Shown here: in pieces, positions 32,449-40,631 of the stretch | How the letters are laid out: every line of letters starts with the position of its first letter | How positions within the stretch are numbered: position 1 is the stretch's first letter | Virus record (IMG/VR): IMGVR_UViG_3300021185_000405 | Location: 1 to 56,082 of that record | Origin: a virus | Taxonomy: Duplodnaviria > Caudoviricetes | Length of the DNA: 56,082 nt | Strand: one strand, 5' to 3' | The notes under the pieces: model-generated | What the model saw: only the letters and a program-made list of their open reading frames with translations | Told to the model about the DNA's origin: nothing | Database searches by the model: none | Position numbers and translations under genes: made by a program

Positions 32449-34092
32449 CTATGCACTCATTGCCGATTTCTTTTTCGGTCCTTTTGCTATATATCTTAAC
32501 TTATCTCGCCAAGAAGGTATATGTTCTGGCGCCTCATAAAAAGTTGCATACTCTGTCATCATTAAACCAACCCATGCCAAAGCATCAACTTGATCGTCAT
32601 GCACGCCGTTAGGAAAACGTAAAAGCTCAGCCACCATTGGCCCCGTCCAAGCGGCATCTTCTGGGAGGAAAACTTTACCCTGTTGCATTCTACCCTGGAT
32701 CGCTCTAGCTCTAGCTTCTTTGTCACGTCGCCCTACTTTTAGATCTTTAAAATACGCAGAATGTAATTGTCTTTCTGCTACCCTTTTTTGTAGAAAAGGC
32801 CCGATAGCCATTTCTATGTGTCCTTTTTCTATTCCAACTATACTAGGCCTCCACTGTTCATAAAAGTCTAATATTTTTTCTACTAACTCAAAACCGTCGT
32901 ACTTGCCACGGATAACATCTACAACATACATATTGTCGTATTCATCAATACCTATAGTTATGCCCACAGAAAAATCGTTCCTGTCGCGTTGCCCTATAGC
33001 CAAATCCCACGCCGTATAATACCGAAGTCTATCATATTCTATTTCGTCTGGCTCAAAATACTGAATCATATCTCTAGTAAAATAATCACCATCATCTGAT
33101 ACGGGGTTCTGTTGATACAGAGCACTCCAATCTCTAGGCCCAATAGCTTTTTGTATTTTCTCTAAAGATTCTACATTGTACCTTTCTGGGTGTAGTGAAT
33201 CCCCTTGGCTTCTGAACTCCTCATCTTCTTCGGCTATTGCAGGGTATTTAACTACTTCCCAGTCATCGGCTCCATTTTCACTAGCAGTTAATAGTCTGCC
33301 AGCTAAATCATCATCGTGCCATCTCGTTAAAATAACTAAAATACCGCCACCAGGAGCTAAACGTGTATACGCGGTCGAAGTATACCAATCCCAGGTCGCT
33401 TCGCGGCTGTTTTCAGACTCTGCATCTTCTCTATTTTTTACAGGGTCATCGATTAATAGTATATGGGCACCTTTACCCGTGATACCACCACCAACACCAG
33501 CTGCAACGTAGCCACCACCGTGTGTAGTTTGCCAAGACTCTACAGATTGCGAGTCTTTATCTAGTTTTGTGTCTTCAAATACGGTTTTATAATTAGGTTC
33601 TCTTAAAACTTGTCTAACTTTCCTAGAAAAACTCATAGCTAAAGATCCAGAATACGAACAACTAATAAATTCGTGCCCTGGGTTACGCCCGAGATGCCAA
33701 GCAGGGAAAGCAATACTAGCCAAGGTTGATTTGCCGTGACGAGGAGGCATAAACAGCATAAGCCTTGGGGATTTCTTATCTGCTACGTCCTGGCTAAATT
33801 TTTCTAGCCTTTTACAGATGTCTTTGTGTACCCAACCTGCTTGGTAATCAGGATTAAACTTTTCTACAAACGGAATCATGCGTTTTCGCGACAAAATACG
33901 CCTTGCAAGCTCTTGTTCGGCCTTAACTTGCGCTTTTTCTTGTTTTTTTGCTTCTTTTTCTTGTTTTTTAGGCATAGGAAGCTGTTCTGCCTCGTCTGCA
34001 GCGCAATAAACGCACAAACCTTTAGGCAAAACAAGGTTATCTGCTAAAAGTTTCTTACATTTATAGCATTCTATCTTTGGAAGCTCTGTCAC
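32449..34092 (-). CDS. terL: Terminase large subunit
   Basis: MPPRHGKS (Walker A), LLIDDP (Walker B), TRWHDDDLAG, LYQQ.P, WDLA, HDDQVDAL nuclease motif; GTG start. Confidence 0.95.
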   Translation of the reverse strand: MTELPKIECYKCKKLLADNLVLPKGLCVYCAADEAEQLPMPKKQEKEAKKQEKAQVKAEQELARRILSRKRMIPFVEKFNPDYQAGWVHKDICKRLEKFSQDVADKKSPRLMLFMPPRHGKSTLASIAFPAWHLGRNPGHEFISCSYSGSLAMSFSRKVRQVLREPNYKTVFEDTKLDKDSQSVESWQTTHGGGYVAAGVGGGITGKGAHILLIDDPVKNREDAESENSREATWDWYTSTAYTRLAPGGGILVILTRWHDDDLAGRLLTASENGADDWEVVKYPAIAEEDEEFRSQGDSLHPERYNVESLEKIQKAIGPRDWSALYQQNPVSDDGDYFTRDMIQYFEPDEIEYDRLRYYTAWDLAIGQRDRNDFSVGITIGIDEYDNMYVVDVIRGKYDGFELVEKILDFYEQWRPSIVGIEKGHIEMAIGPFLQKRVAERQLHSAYFKDLKVGRRDKEARARAIQGRMQQGKVFLPEDAAWTGPMVAELLRFPNGVHDDQVDALAWVGLMMTEYATFYEAPEHIPSWRDKLRYIAKGPKKKSAMSA

Positions 34093-34166
34093 TACTTTTT
34101 CTTTTTCTTAGCTGCTTTCTTTTTCTTTTTAACTGGCCCTCTAGGGTAGCCTTTTCCATAGCCCAT
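34092..34166 (-). CDS. 24-aa Lys-rich mini-protein
   Basis: MGYGKGYPRGPVKKKKKAAKKKKK*; SD AAGGAG; stop overlaps the TerL start (TAGTG). Confidence 0.65.
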   Translation of the reverse strand: MGYGKGYPRGPVKKKKKAAKKKKK

Positions 34167-34181
34167 GCTTTTTCTCCTTTA

Positions 34182-34478
34182 TTAACACTTCCAGCGCCTA
34201 CGCGCTTGCCTAATTCTTGAATTTGGGTCGTTTCTCGTTTTAGCAGAGCTTCTTTTTAGCTGTCCTGCACTCCTAGCGCAATAAGATTTACGTCTTTTTG
34301 CTGCTTTTGAGCCTTTTTTGACTTTTCCGGTAACTGCTGTCTTTAATTTAGAGCCTGGGTTCGCTTTTCTATACGCAGCGACCCCTTTTTTGGTCATTCC
34401 TGCGCCGGATTTGGTTTTTCGGTAGTTTCCGCCCTTACCCGTAGTTTTTCTTATAGCTTTTGCTCTTTTCCTAGGCAT
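34182..34478 (-). CDS. Highly basic 98-aa protein (DUF6321-like)
   Basis: GMTKKGVAAYRKANPGSKLK...RRKSYCARS...RRRWKC. Confidence 0.75.
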   Translation of the reverse strand: MPRKRAKAIRKTTGKGGNYRKTKSGAGMTKKGVAAYRKANPGSKLKTAVTGKVKKGSKAAKRRKSYCARSAGQLKRSSAKTRNDPNSRIRQARRRWKC

Positions 34479-34648
34479 TATTTTCTCTTACTCTGTGATC
34501 TCTTTATAGCTTTATTTGTAGGAGCTCCTTTTGCGCCTTTTTTACGCATAGGTTTACCTTTTTTTCTTTTTTGGGCTATGTTGTACCACAAACCTTTTTT
34601 AGCTGTCCTACCATCTTTAGTTTTATGTGTTTTCTTTTTTGCTGGCAT
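34478..34648 (-). CDS. 56-aa Lys-rich mini-protein
   Basis: MPAKKKTHKTKDGRTAKKGLWYNIAQKRKKGKPMRKKGAKGAPTNKAIKRSQSKRK*; TAATG-coupled at both ends. Confidence 0.7.
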   Translation of the reverse strand: MPAKKKTHKTKDGRTAKKGLWYNIAQKRKKGKPMRKKGAKGAPTNKAIKRSQSKRK

Positions 34649-34746
34649 TACTTCTTTCCCCCTTTGTACGACTTCTTAGTTGTACCTTTCTTCTTGCCTT
34701 TTTTCATCTTCATGCTTTTTGGTTTTGCGTTTATACAATGTGCCAT
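34648..34746 (-). CDS. 32-aa Lys-rich mini-protein
   Basis: MAHCINAKPKSMKMKKGKKKGTTKKSYKGGKK*; SD GAGG upstream, TAATG-coupled downstream. Confidence 0.6.
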   Translation of the reverse strand: MAHCINAKPKSMKMKKGKKKGTTKKSYKGGKK

Positions 34747-34748
34747 AG

Positions 34749-35525
34749 TTATAACCTCACAATATCGTTAATATCATTTTTCGGAACTACAAACCGCGAA
34801 AGGAAGGGTACTTCCGATTTTTCATTATCACCCGCCCGCCTGGGTCCGAGCTCTATATTAAATAGTTTACCATTAACTTGTAGGAAAGCGTCAACATATT
34901 GTTTAACTGTATATGATTTACCCGAGCCGATTGGTTCTATTTGTTTTGTTCCAGGTTGCCCAACTGCAGATACTATTGCTGCGCACAAGTCGTCTACGTG
35001 CACATAGTCTCTGACACAAGTGCCGTCGTCCGTATCGTAATCGTTTCCAAAAATAGTAAAACTTTTTGACTCTATTGCAGCTTGCGTTGCCGCATACAAA
35101 CCTTCTGGGTTCGTTGGCGTCCGACCACCGACATTAAAGAAACGAAAAATTGTATAGTCCGGACAGTTCTCTTTTACTATTTCTTCGGCAGCTAACTTAG
35201 ATAGCGCATAAGGTGACGTAGGATCGTACGCCGCACCTGTGGATGCTAAAAGAAATTTTGCGTTGGGGAATTTTTCTATTACGTTTTTTGTGCCGACCAG
35301 ATTTGTATAAAAGTAGGCTGTAGGTTTTTTAACGCTTTCGCTTACTTTTACTAACGCTGCTAAATGTACTACTACATCTACACTAGGATCTATGTCGTTG
35401 GCCGCACGTCGGATGTCCCAATCTTCTATGTCGAAGGTTAAAAGTTTAATCCCTTGTTTGGTTTTTAATTGTTTTACTAGCTCGGTGCCTATATAACCCC
35501 TGGCGCCCGTTACTGCTACAATCAC
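34749..35525 (-). CDS. NAD-dependent epimerase, UDP-glucose 4-epimerase (GalE)-like
   Basis: GARGYIG Rossmann motif, HLAALVKVSES, YALSK (YxxxK), RFFNV, FGNDYDTDDGTCVRDYVHVDDL, RRAGD. Confidence 0.85.
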   Translation of the reverse strand: MIVAVTGARGYIGTELVKQLKTKQGIKLLTFDIEDWDIRRAANDIDPSVDVVVHLAALVKVSESVKKPTAYFYTNLVGTKNVIEKFPNAKFLLASTGAAYDPTSPYALSKLAAEEIVKENCPDYTIFRFFNVGGRTPTNPEGLYAATQAAIESKSFTIFGNDYDTDDGTCVRDYVHVDDLCAAIVSAVGQPGTKQIEPIGSGKSYTVKQYVDAFLQVNGKLFNIELGPRRAGDNEKSEVPFLSRFVVPKNDINDIVRL

Positions 35526-36028
35526 TTCTGCGGTTCTAAGTAAGACATATCTACTCCGGCTAGTTTTAAAAGCTCGGAATCCGGCAGTCGTTCTAGTTGC
35601 TGGATCTTGTCTACATTTATATTAACTTGTGTTGCTTGTTCAGGTGCGAATAACCCATGTAGTTTACATAGGGAGTCGACGACGTTTTTTTCTTCTGTGG
35701 CGGTGGCCGATTTTCGGTGGGCCTCAAGATACATAGTGGTGGCCGTGTTTCTATCGAACTTCACCTCTTCGCGCATTTCCTCGCGTAAGTATTCTATGGC
35801 CTGGTTGATTTTTGGTTTTTTAAAAACTTCGTACACATGGTCCATGTTTCTGTAACCAGCAGCTCTACCTGCCGCAGATTTATTTAGTCCTCTTAGGTGA
35901 AACAATATCAATCTTTCTTCTTGGACAGAAAGCTCGGATAATTTTACTCCCGCGTAAGGAAAATGGGATTGAAGTTCGACTCTATCTTCGTCAGTAACTT
36001 CCATTGGTTGATCTGCGACTAAGCTCAT
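35522..36028 (-). CDS. terS: Terminase small subunit
   Basis: AAGRAAGY helix-turn-helix-like motif and LCKLHGLF; first gene of the packaging arm. Confidence 0.7.
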   Translation of the reverse strand: MSLVADQPMEVTDEDRVELQSHFPYAGVKLSELSVQEERLILFHLRGLNKSAAGRAAGYRNMDHVYEVFKKPKINQAIEYLREEMREEVKFDRNTATTMYLEAHRKSATATEEKNVVDSLCKLHGLFAPEQATQVNINVDKIQQLERLPDSELLKLAGVDMSYLEPQK

Positions 36029-36240
36029 ATTCCTAAATATACCTTATAACGTTTTATAAGGGAAATTTATAATAGAAAATTTTTTTTGAAAAAGTAGTTC
36101 TATATCGCCTTCTCATCCCCACATCCCTATGCCAGCGACCCACCCCCTCCCCGAATCCGATTTCTAAACGTAACTCTAGGTTTCATCGATTGGAACCTTG
36201 TCTTGAAAAATACAGGTACTGGAACAGCGTAAAGCTGTTC

Positions 36241-36268
36241 TTCCATATAGGTTTGTGAAGGGTATAAC
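36241..36268 (+). promoter_or_regulatory. Possible sigma70-like early promoter
   Basis: TTCCAT-16 nt-TATAAC about 40 nt upstream of 36309; preceded by hairpin GAACAGC-GTAAA-GCTGTTC. Confidence 0.3.
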
Positions 36269-36308
36269 AGACGTTGTACTCAATTAACTAGCTATATAGG
36301 AGATTATC

Positions 36309-36617
36309 ATGGCTAATACAATAACTAAGTCTTTCGACACTAACACTGTCAAAGCAAACAAAGGCAGAGCTTTATCTGTCTCCAAGAACGGCAACCTAAA
36401 CATGGACGCTAAAGTAGCGAACCCAGCTTACGAAGAGAAAGCGAAGAAGGGCACACCTGAGTCATACAAAATGACATCTATCAGGGACTGCTTCGACTTC
36501 TTCTTACTCAAAGAGGATGGTTCAATATCGTTCAAACTTAAACCACATGTAAACCTAGCCGGTGGCACAGCAGTCACAGCGTTCGGTAGAGAGTGGACAC
36601 CGCAGGACGAGGAGTAA
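36309..36617 (+). CDS. Early hypothetical protein
   Basis: 102 aa, SD AGGAG, first gene of the rightward arm. Confidence 0.75.
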   Translation: MANTITKSFDTNTVKANKGRALSVSKNGNLNMDAKVANPAYEEKAKKGTPESYKMTSIRDCFDFFLLKEDGSISFKLKPHVNLAGGTAVTAFGREWTPQDEE

Positions 36618-36619
36618 TC

Positions 36620-36868
36620 ATGAGAATATCATATACTCTAGGTCGTATAACTAAGGGAGTAGCGAAAGCTGCTCTTCCTGTTGGCAAATGGGCAACCCAA
36701 CAAGCAGCCAACATAACATCGGAATTTGTGCGTGGTATGGCAGAACAACCTACTATCACCAAGGTCGAGAATATCGATGAGGAAATCAAGCAAGAACTAG
36801 CATCTGAGCCAGTTCAACCTGAGCTTCCTTTAGAGCATCCTGAACAACCAACTAGGAGTTCAGTATGA
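36620..36868 (+). CDS. Early hypothetical protein
   Basis: Start re-assigned to MRISYTL at 36620 after SD GAGGAG. Confidence 0.7.
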   Translation: MRISYTLGRITKGVAKAALPVGKWATQQAANITSEFVRGMAEQPTITKVENIDEEIKQELASEPVQPELPLEHPEQPTRSSV

Positions 36869-36924
36869 ATATACATTACTTACCAGAGTCCATATGGGCT
36901 CTGGTTGAACATTGGAGAACATAA
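36865..36924 (+). CDS. 19-aa peptide
   Basis: MNIHYLPESIWALVEHWRT*; SD AGGAG; ATGA overlap upstream and TAATG overlap downstream. Confidence 0.4.
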   Translation: MNIHYLPESIWALVEHWRT

Positions 36925-37112
36925 TGAATATATCATTAGTACTTATTGATTACGCAGCAATCGCAGTAATCGTTTACATATCGCTGACTATCTTAACTAG
37001 AGCAGCCATCATTGGGCTATACGCCTACTTCATTAGAGAATTTTTCAAGTCTGAATCATCCTCAACATCATCGGTCAAGTCTGACCAATTCAATCCTAAC
37101 TTAGATTTCTAA
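36924..37112 (+). CDS. Small membrane protein
   Basis: MNISLVLIDYAAIAVIVYISLTILTRAAIIGLYAYF; SD GGAG. Confidence 0.65.
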   Translation: MNISLVLIDYAAIAVIVYISLTILTRAAIIGLYAYFIREFFKSESSSTSSVKSDQFNPNLDF

Positions 37113-37124
37113 ATTAGCCATCAT

Positions 37125-37154
37125 AGGAGCCCTTCGGGGCTTCTTCTTTTTTTT
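37125..37154 (+). terminator. Rho-independent terminator
   Basis: AGGAGCCC-TTCG-GGGCTTCT followed by a T-run; cUUCGg tetraloop. Confidence 0.88.
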
Positions 37155-37278
37155 AACCAACTCTCCGCCCGCTACGCGCCCGGAATCCACCCGTTATAGG
37201 AGCTACTATCATGCCTTTTCACTACTATCATCACGAGCGTATGCGAGTGTGCCTTGTGCATACAACATGCTTGACTTT

Positions 37279-37560
37279 GGTTCCTTGTGTTCCACGGACC
37301 TGCCCCGATGTGGAACCAGTTCATGGAACCACGACAATGCCTGTTAATATGCCAAGGCGGCGGCGTTGGCCTGCCTGCGGTTCCACGGTTCCGCTAAGTT
37401 CAGCTGCTATGTTATTACGACCGACCACCGGCCTAGGATATAGAATAGATAATGAACATCATTTTAGTATGGAACCACGGAACCATACTCTAGAACCCGC
37501 ATTCTTATCGCCCTGTTTGCGTTCCACATGTAGTGGAACCAAGTGGAACCACATGGAACC
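37279..37560. repeat. GGAACC/GGTTCC iteron-like repeat array (candidate replication origin)
   Basis: About 12 copies in 280 bp in both orientations; the last three are exactly 10 bp apart. Confidence 0.7.
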
Positions 37561-37739
37561 GGCCCAGCAGCCTGCAGCATGTAAAATGCTGCTTCCATAT
37601 AGTTTATTGTTAGGTCACATGTGGCTTACAACGACAACACGCAGTCGTACTAAAGTGCGTGTCGGTGTCTCCGAAACGACCACGGCCAGATGACAAGCTG
37701 GCCACTAACTTATCAATCCATAACCACAAGGAGGTAACT

Positions 37740-38186
37740 ATGGGATTAGACGCATATGCTGGTTTTCAGCACACACAACACACGTTCGCAGATAACGTTG
37801 AGCCTATCAATCATGATGTACTCAGCGAGACTCTAGAACATGATGAAGACTTTTATTGGCGTAAACACGCTAGATTGCAAGAGTTCATGCAGCAACTATG
37901 GAGAGTCAAGAACTTCGGTGAAGAAGCCGACCAATGGCGCGGGCTCCGTATGGACGGCAAGCATGATTACCACGGTCTGTTGTTTCTAGAAAAGATGGAC
38001 ATATTACGGCTGCAAGAGTTGGTACAAGACGATAACTTACCTTTTTGTCCAGATGGTTTCTTTTGGGGACAGCAGTTCCAAGAAGAAGCTATGAAAGACA
38101 ACAAACCGTTGGACTTGAAGTTCTGCGAGACAGCACTCAAGTGGCTTGATGAAGGCAAGAAGGTTTGGTACGACTGTTCATGGTAA
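37740..38186 (+). CDS. Conserved phage hypothetical protein (MGLD-x-Y type)
   Basis: Start MGLDAYAG after SD AAGGAGG; YWRKHARLQEFM, GFFWG, VWYDCSW. Confidence 0.8.
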   Translation: MGLDAYAGFQHTQHTFADNVEPINHDVLSETLEHDEDFYWRKHARLQEFMQQLWRVKNFGEEADQWRGLRMDGKHDYHGLLFLEKMDILRLQELVQDDNLPFCPDGFFWGQQFQEEAMKDNKPLDLKFCETALKWLDEGKKVWYDCSW

Positions 38187-38195
38187 GGAGGAACT

Positions 38196-38348
38196 ATGAT
38201 TAAAGACTATTTTAGATCAGTACTAATGGGTACGGGCGTTCTGTTCGTACTCTTTGGTATCGCAACGAGTATTCAATACTCACTTTTACTGCTCGGTATC
38301 GGTATCGGTATCGGCTCAATATTGTATTTACTATGGAGGTTATTATGA
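38196..38348 (+). CDS. 50-aa two-TM membrane protein
   Basis: MIKDYFRSVLMGTGVLFVLFGIATSIQYSLLLLGIGIGIGSILYLLWRLL*; SD AAGGAGG. Confidence 0.65.
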   Translation: MIKDYFRSVLMGTGVLFVLFGIATSIQYSLLLLGIGIGIGSILYLLWRLL

Positions 38349-38497
38349 ATGCAAATATAGTTAGTGCGCTGACCACGGCGCTCTGGATTTTAATAGAACT
38401 AATACAGTTCGGTTACATGGCTTATCTAGCCTGGAGGAATAGAGATGTTACTAGTAGGAATATTGTCGGCGCTGGGTCTGCTAATCCTAGCACTTAA
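38345..38497 (+). CDS. 50-aa membrane peptide
   Basis: MNANIVSALTTALWILIELIQFGYMAYLAWRNRD...; SD GGAGG; ATGA overlap. Confidence 0.55.
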   Translation: MNANIVSALTTALWILIELIQFGYMAYLAWRNRDVTSRNIVGAGSANPST

Positions 38498-38777
38498 AGC
38501 AGGCGGCAAGAAGGCTATCGGTCACGATATCTTTGTTGACGTTCTGATCACAGTCACATTGATGGTGTGCTTTTACGGCACATTCAGCGGTATGACTGCA
38601 GCAATGATGGGCGGTTTGTCTGCGTCTATTGTCTTGTTCGTTATGAAGAAGACGATGGTGCACGAGAAACTAACTGTCGAGAAAAGCGAACATGTTGTTA
38701 TGAGCAAACCTGTTCAAATTAAAATACCTACAGTCAAAACTAAATGGAAGACTGTACAACCCGAATGGAGGAGTTAA
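38445..38777 (+). CDS. Membrane protein (about three TM segments)
   Basis: 110 aa with hydrophobic N-terminal two thirds; SD GGAGG. Confidence 0.7.
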   Translation: MLLVGILSALGLLILALKAGGKKAIGHDIFVDVLITVTLMVCFYGTFSGMTAAMMGGLSASIVLFVMKKTMVHEKLTVEKSEHVVMSKPVQIKIPTVKTKWKTVQPEWRS

Positions 38778-38779
38778 AA

Positions 38780-39796
38780 ATGCAAACCATAAATCCACAA
38801 GCACTTAAAGACGAATTGAAAGACGCTATTATAGCTGGCTATCCCGCAATGGTATGGGGTGGGCCAGGTATCGGCAAGTCTGATATTCCTAACCAAGTCG
38901 CCGCCGAAATGAATATGAGTATTATAGATTTTCGTGCAAACTTATTTGACCCAGTAGATGTTCGAGGTATACCGTATTTAGCGCAAGCTAATGCAGACTC
39001 TATCAAGTACACCTCATGGGCTATACCAGATGTGTTCCCAATAGCAGAACGAGACGGTGAACGAGGTATCTTGTTTATCGACGAGTTGCCAACAGCACCA
39101 GCTGCTACGCAGAATGCGTTCTTACAATTATTGCTTAACCGTAAACTGGGTGATTATGAGCTCCCAATAGGTTGGGCAATATTGTGTGCAGGTAACAGAC
39201 TAACTGACTCAGCTGCTGTATATCAGATGCCAAGTCCAGTTAGAAACAGACTAGCACATTACGAACTAGAACCAACCTTAGATGATTGGGTAAGTTGGGC
39301 TCACCAACACAAGATTGACACAGATGTTATATCGTTCATACAGTACAGACCAGGACTATTATCTAGTTTTGATCCTGACCAGTATGCGTTTCCAACACCT
39401 CGTGCTTGGTCAATGGTTAGCAAAAAGCTCCAACGAGCGAACAACAACCCAGAACGATTGTTCTATGGTGTAGCATCACTAGTCGGCGACGGCGCTGCTG
39501 GTGAATTTGTAGCTTTCAAAGAGATAGCTAACAAACTACCTGACATAGATGCAATCATCAAGGATCCAACAAAGTACAAGCGCGACGACAATCCAGCGCT
39601 ACTTTACGCGTTGGCTAATGCTATTGCAGCAAGAGCAGAAGACAGCAAGATGGATAACATAATGAAACTAGCCGACAAGTTAGTCGTAGAGTATCAAGTT
39701 GTGTTAGTCAAAGGTTGTCTAGCTAGAGATAAACAATTGCGTCAACACCCAGCTATTCGTGGTTGGATTACTAAAAACGCTAGTGTCATATTATAG
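38780..39796 (+). CDS. MoxR-like AAA+ ATPase
   Basis: Likely start MQTINP at 38780; GGPGIGKS (Walker A), DVRGIP, LFIDEL (Walker B), AGNR, NRLAH, TPRAW. Confidence 0.9.
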   Translation: MQTINPQALKDELKDAIIAGYPAMVWGGPGIGKSDIPNQVAAEMNMSIIDFRANLFDPVDVRGIPYLAQANADSIKYTSWAIPDVFPIAERDGERGILFIDELPTAPAATQNAFLQLLLNRKLGDYELPIGWAILCAGNRLTDSAAVYQMPSPVRNRLAHYELEPTLDDWVSWAHQHKIDTDVISFIQYRPGLLSSFDPDQYAFPTPRAWSMVSKKLQRANNNPERLFYGVASLVGDGAAGEFVAFKEIANKLPDIDAIIKDPTKYKRDDNPALLYALANAIAARAEDSKMDNIMKLADKLVVEYQVVLVKGCLARDKQLRQHPAIRGWITKNASVIL

Positions 39797-39804
39797 GAGT
39801 AATT

Positions 39805-40464
39805 ATGAAAACAGTAAGATTATCTAGAAGTCTCAATTGGGACATAGAAAAAGCAGCAGGGAACAAGTACGATTCGTCTAACCCTGCGAAGGAATACCCG
39901 CAAGACGGTATGCCTACCTTTATAGAACTTGGCTATCAACAAAAGATTGATGCGACCTTGTCTCACTTCAAGCAAACTTGGGGTTATGACTGTCCATGCA
40001 ATTATGTGGAAAAGCTAGTTATATCTAGTACGGCATTCACTACGGATAGCGACGGTAACAAAACAGATGACGCGTACGAACAAACATTTCATCTAGCTCT
40101 ACCAAGCCAACAAGTTCCTACTATGTTGGTTAAGTGGGGCGATGAGATGCGTGTTAAAGTCAAATCTGATGACTCTACGTTCTTAGAATGTATGGATATC
40201 AAGATGTTTAACGACAACCGCGAACAAGCAAAGCGTCAATATCTATTCAAGATACGAGAAGTGCTAGGCAGATTTAGTACCTTAAATCAGTTACTTAAAG
40301 CTGCACCGTACATGAAAGACGTTGTACCACAAGATAAGCTGCAAAAAATGCACGAGAAAGACGATCGTTCTGGACGTGTAACAGCACAGGCTGAGCTTGC
40401 TGACAATGAGTTATCAGAGTTACGCGAGGTCTTGTTAGAAGATGCACTATTAGGAGACAACTAA
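39805..40464 (+). CDS. Nmad5-like protein (paralogue 1)
   Basis: N-terminal VRLS..L and C-terminal L.RFSTLNQLLKAAPYMKDVVP. Confidence 0.5.
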   Translation: MKTVRLSRSLNWDIEKAAGNKYDSSNPAKEYPQDGMPTFIELGYQQKIDATLSHFKQTWGYDCPCNYVEKLVISSTAFTTDSDGNKTDDAYEQTFHLALPSQQVPTMLVKWGDEMRVKVKSDDSTFLECMDIKMFNDNREQAKRQYLFKIREVLGRFSTLNQLLKAAPYMKDVVPQDKLQKMHEKDDRSGRVTAQAELADNELSELREVLLEDALLGDN

Positions 40465-40631
40465 TGTCTGTCGAAGTAATAGTTAAATTACCACCAGAAT
40501 TAGGCAAGGGCATGGTCTGCGACGACGTAGACCATCTAGCCCGCATACTAGAATATCAAAGTAAAAAGTATGATATACACGGCGTAATTCTTATAGGAGA
40601 TAAAGATGAATCCAACATTTGTAAAAGCTAG
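40464..40631 (+). CDS. 55-aa hypothetical protein
   Basis: MSVEVIVKLPPELGKGMVCDD...NICKS*; TAATG coupling; SD AGGAG. Confidence 0.5.
   Translation: MSVEVIVKLPPELGKGMVCDDVDHLARILEYQSKKYDIHGVILIGDKDESNICKS

Noticed and set aside
37279-37560. CRISPR-like array
   Set aside because: Repeats are only 6-9 bp, in both orientations and irregularly spaced; there is no repeat-spacer structure.
37211-37693. 160-aa ORF MPFHYYHH...
   Set aside because: Atypical Cys/Pro/His composition, and its recurring MEP/VEP words are just the GGAACC repeats. More likely non-coding, though an AGGAG does precede the ATG, so it is not fully excluded.
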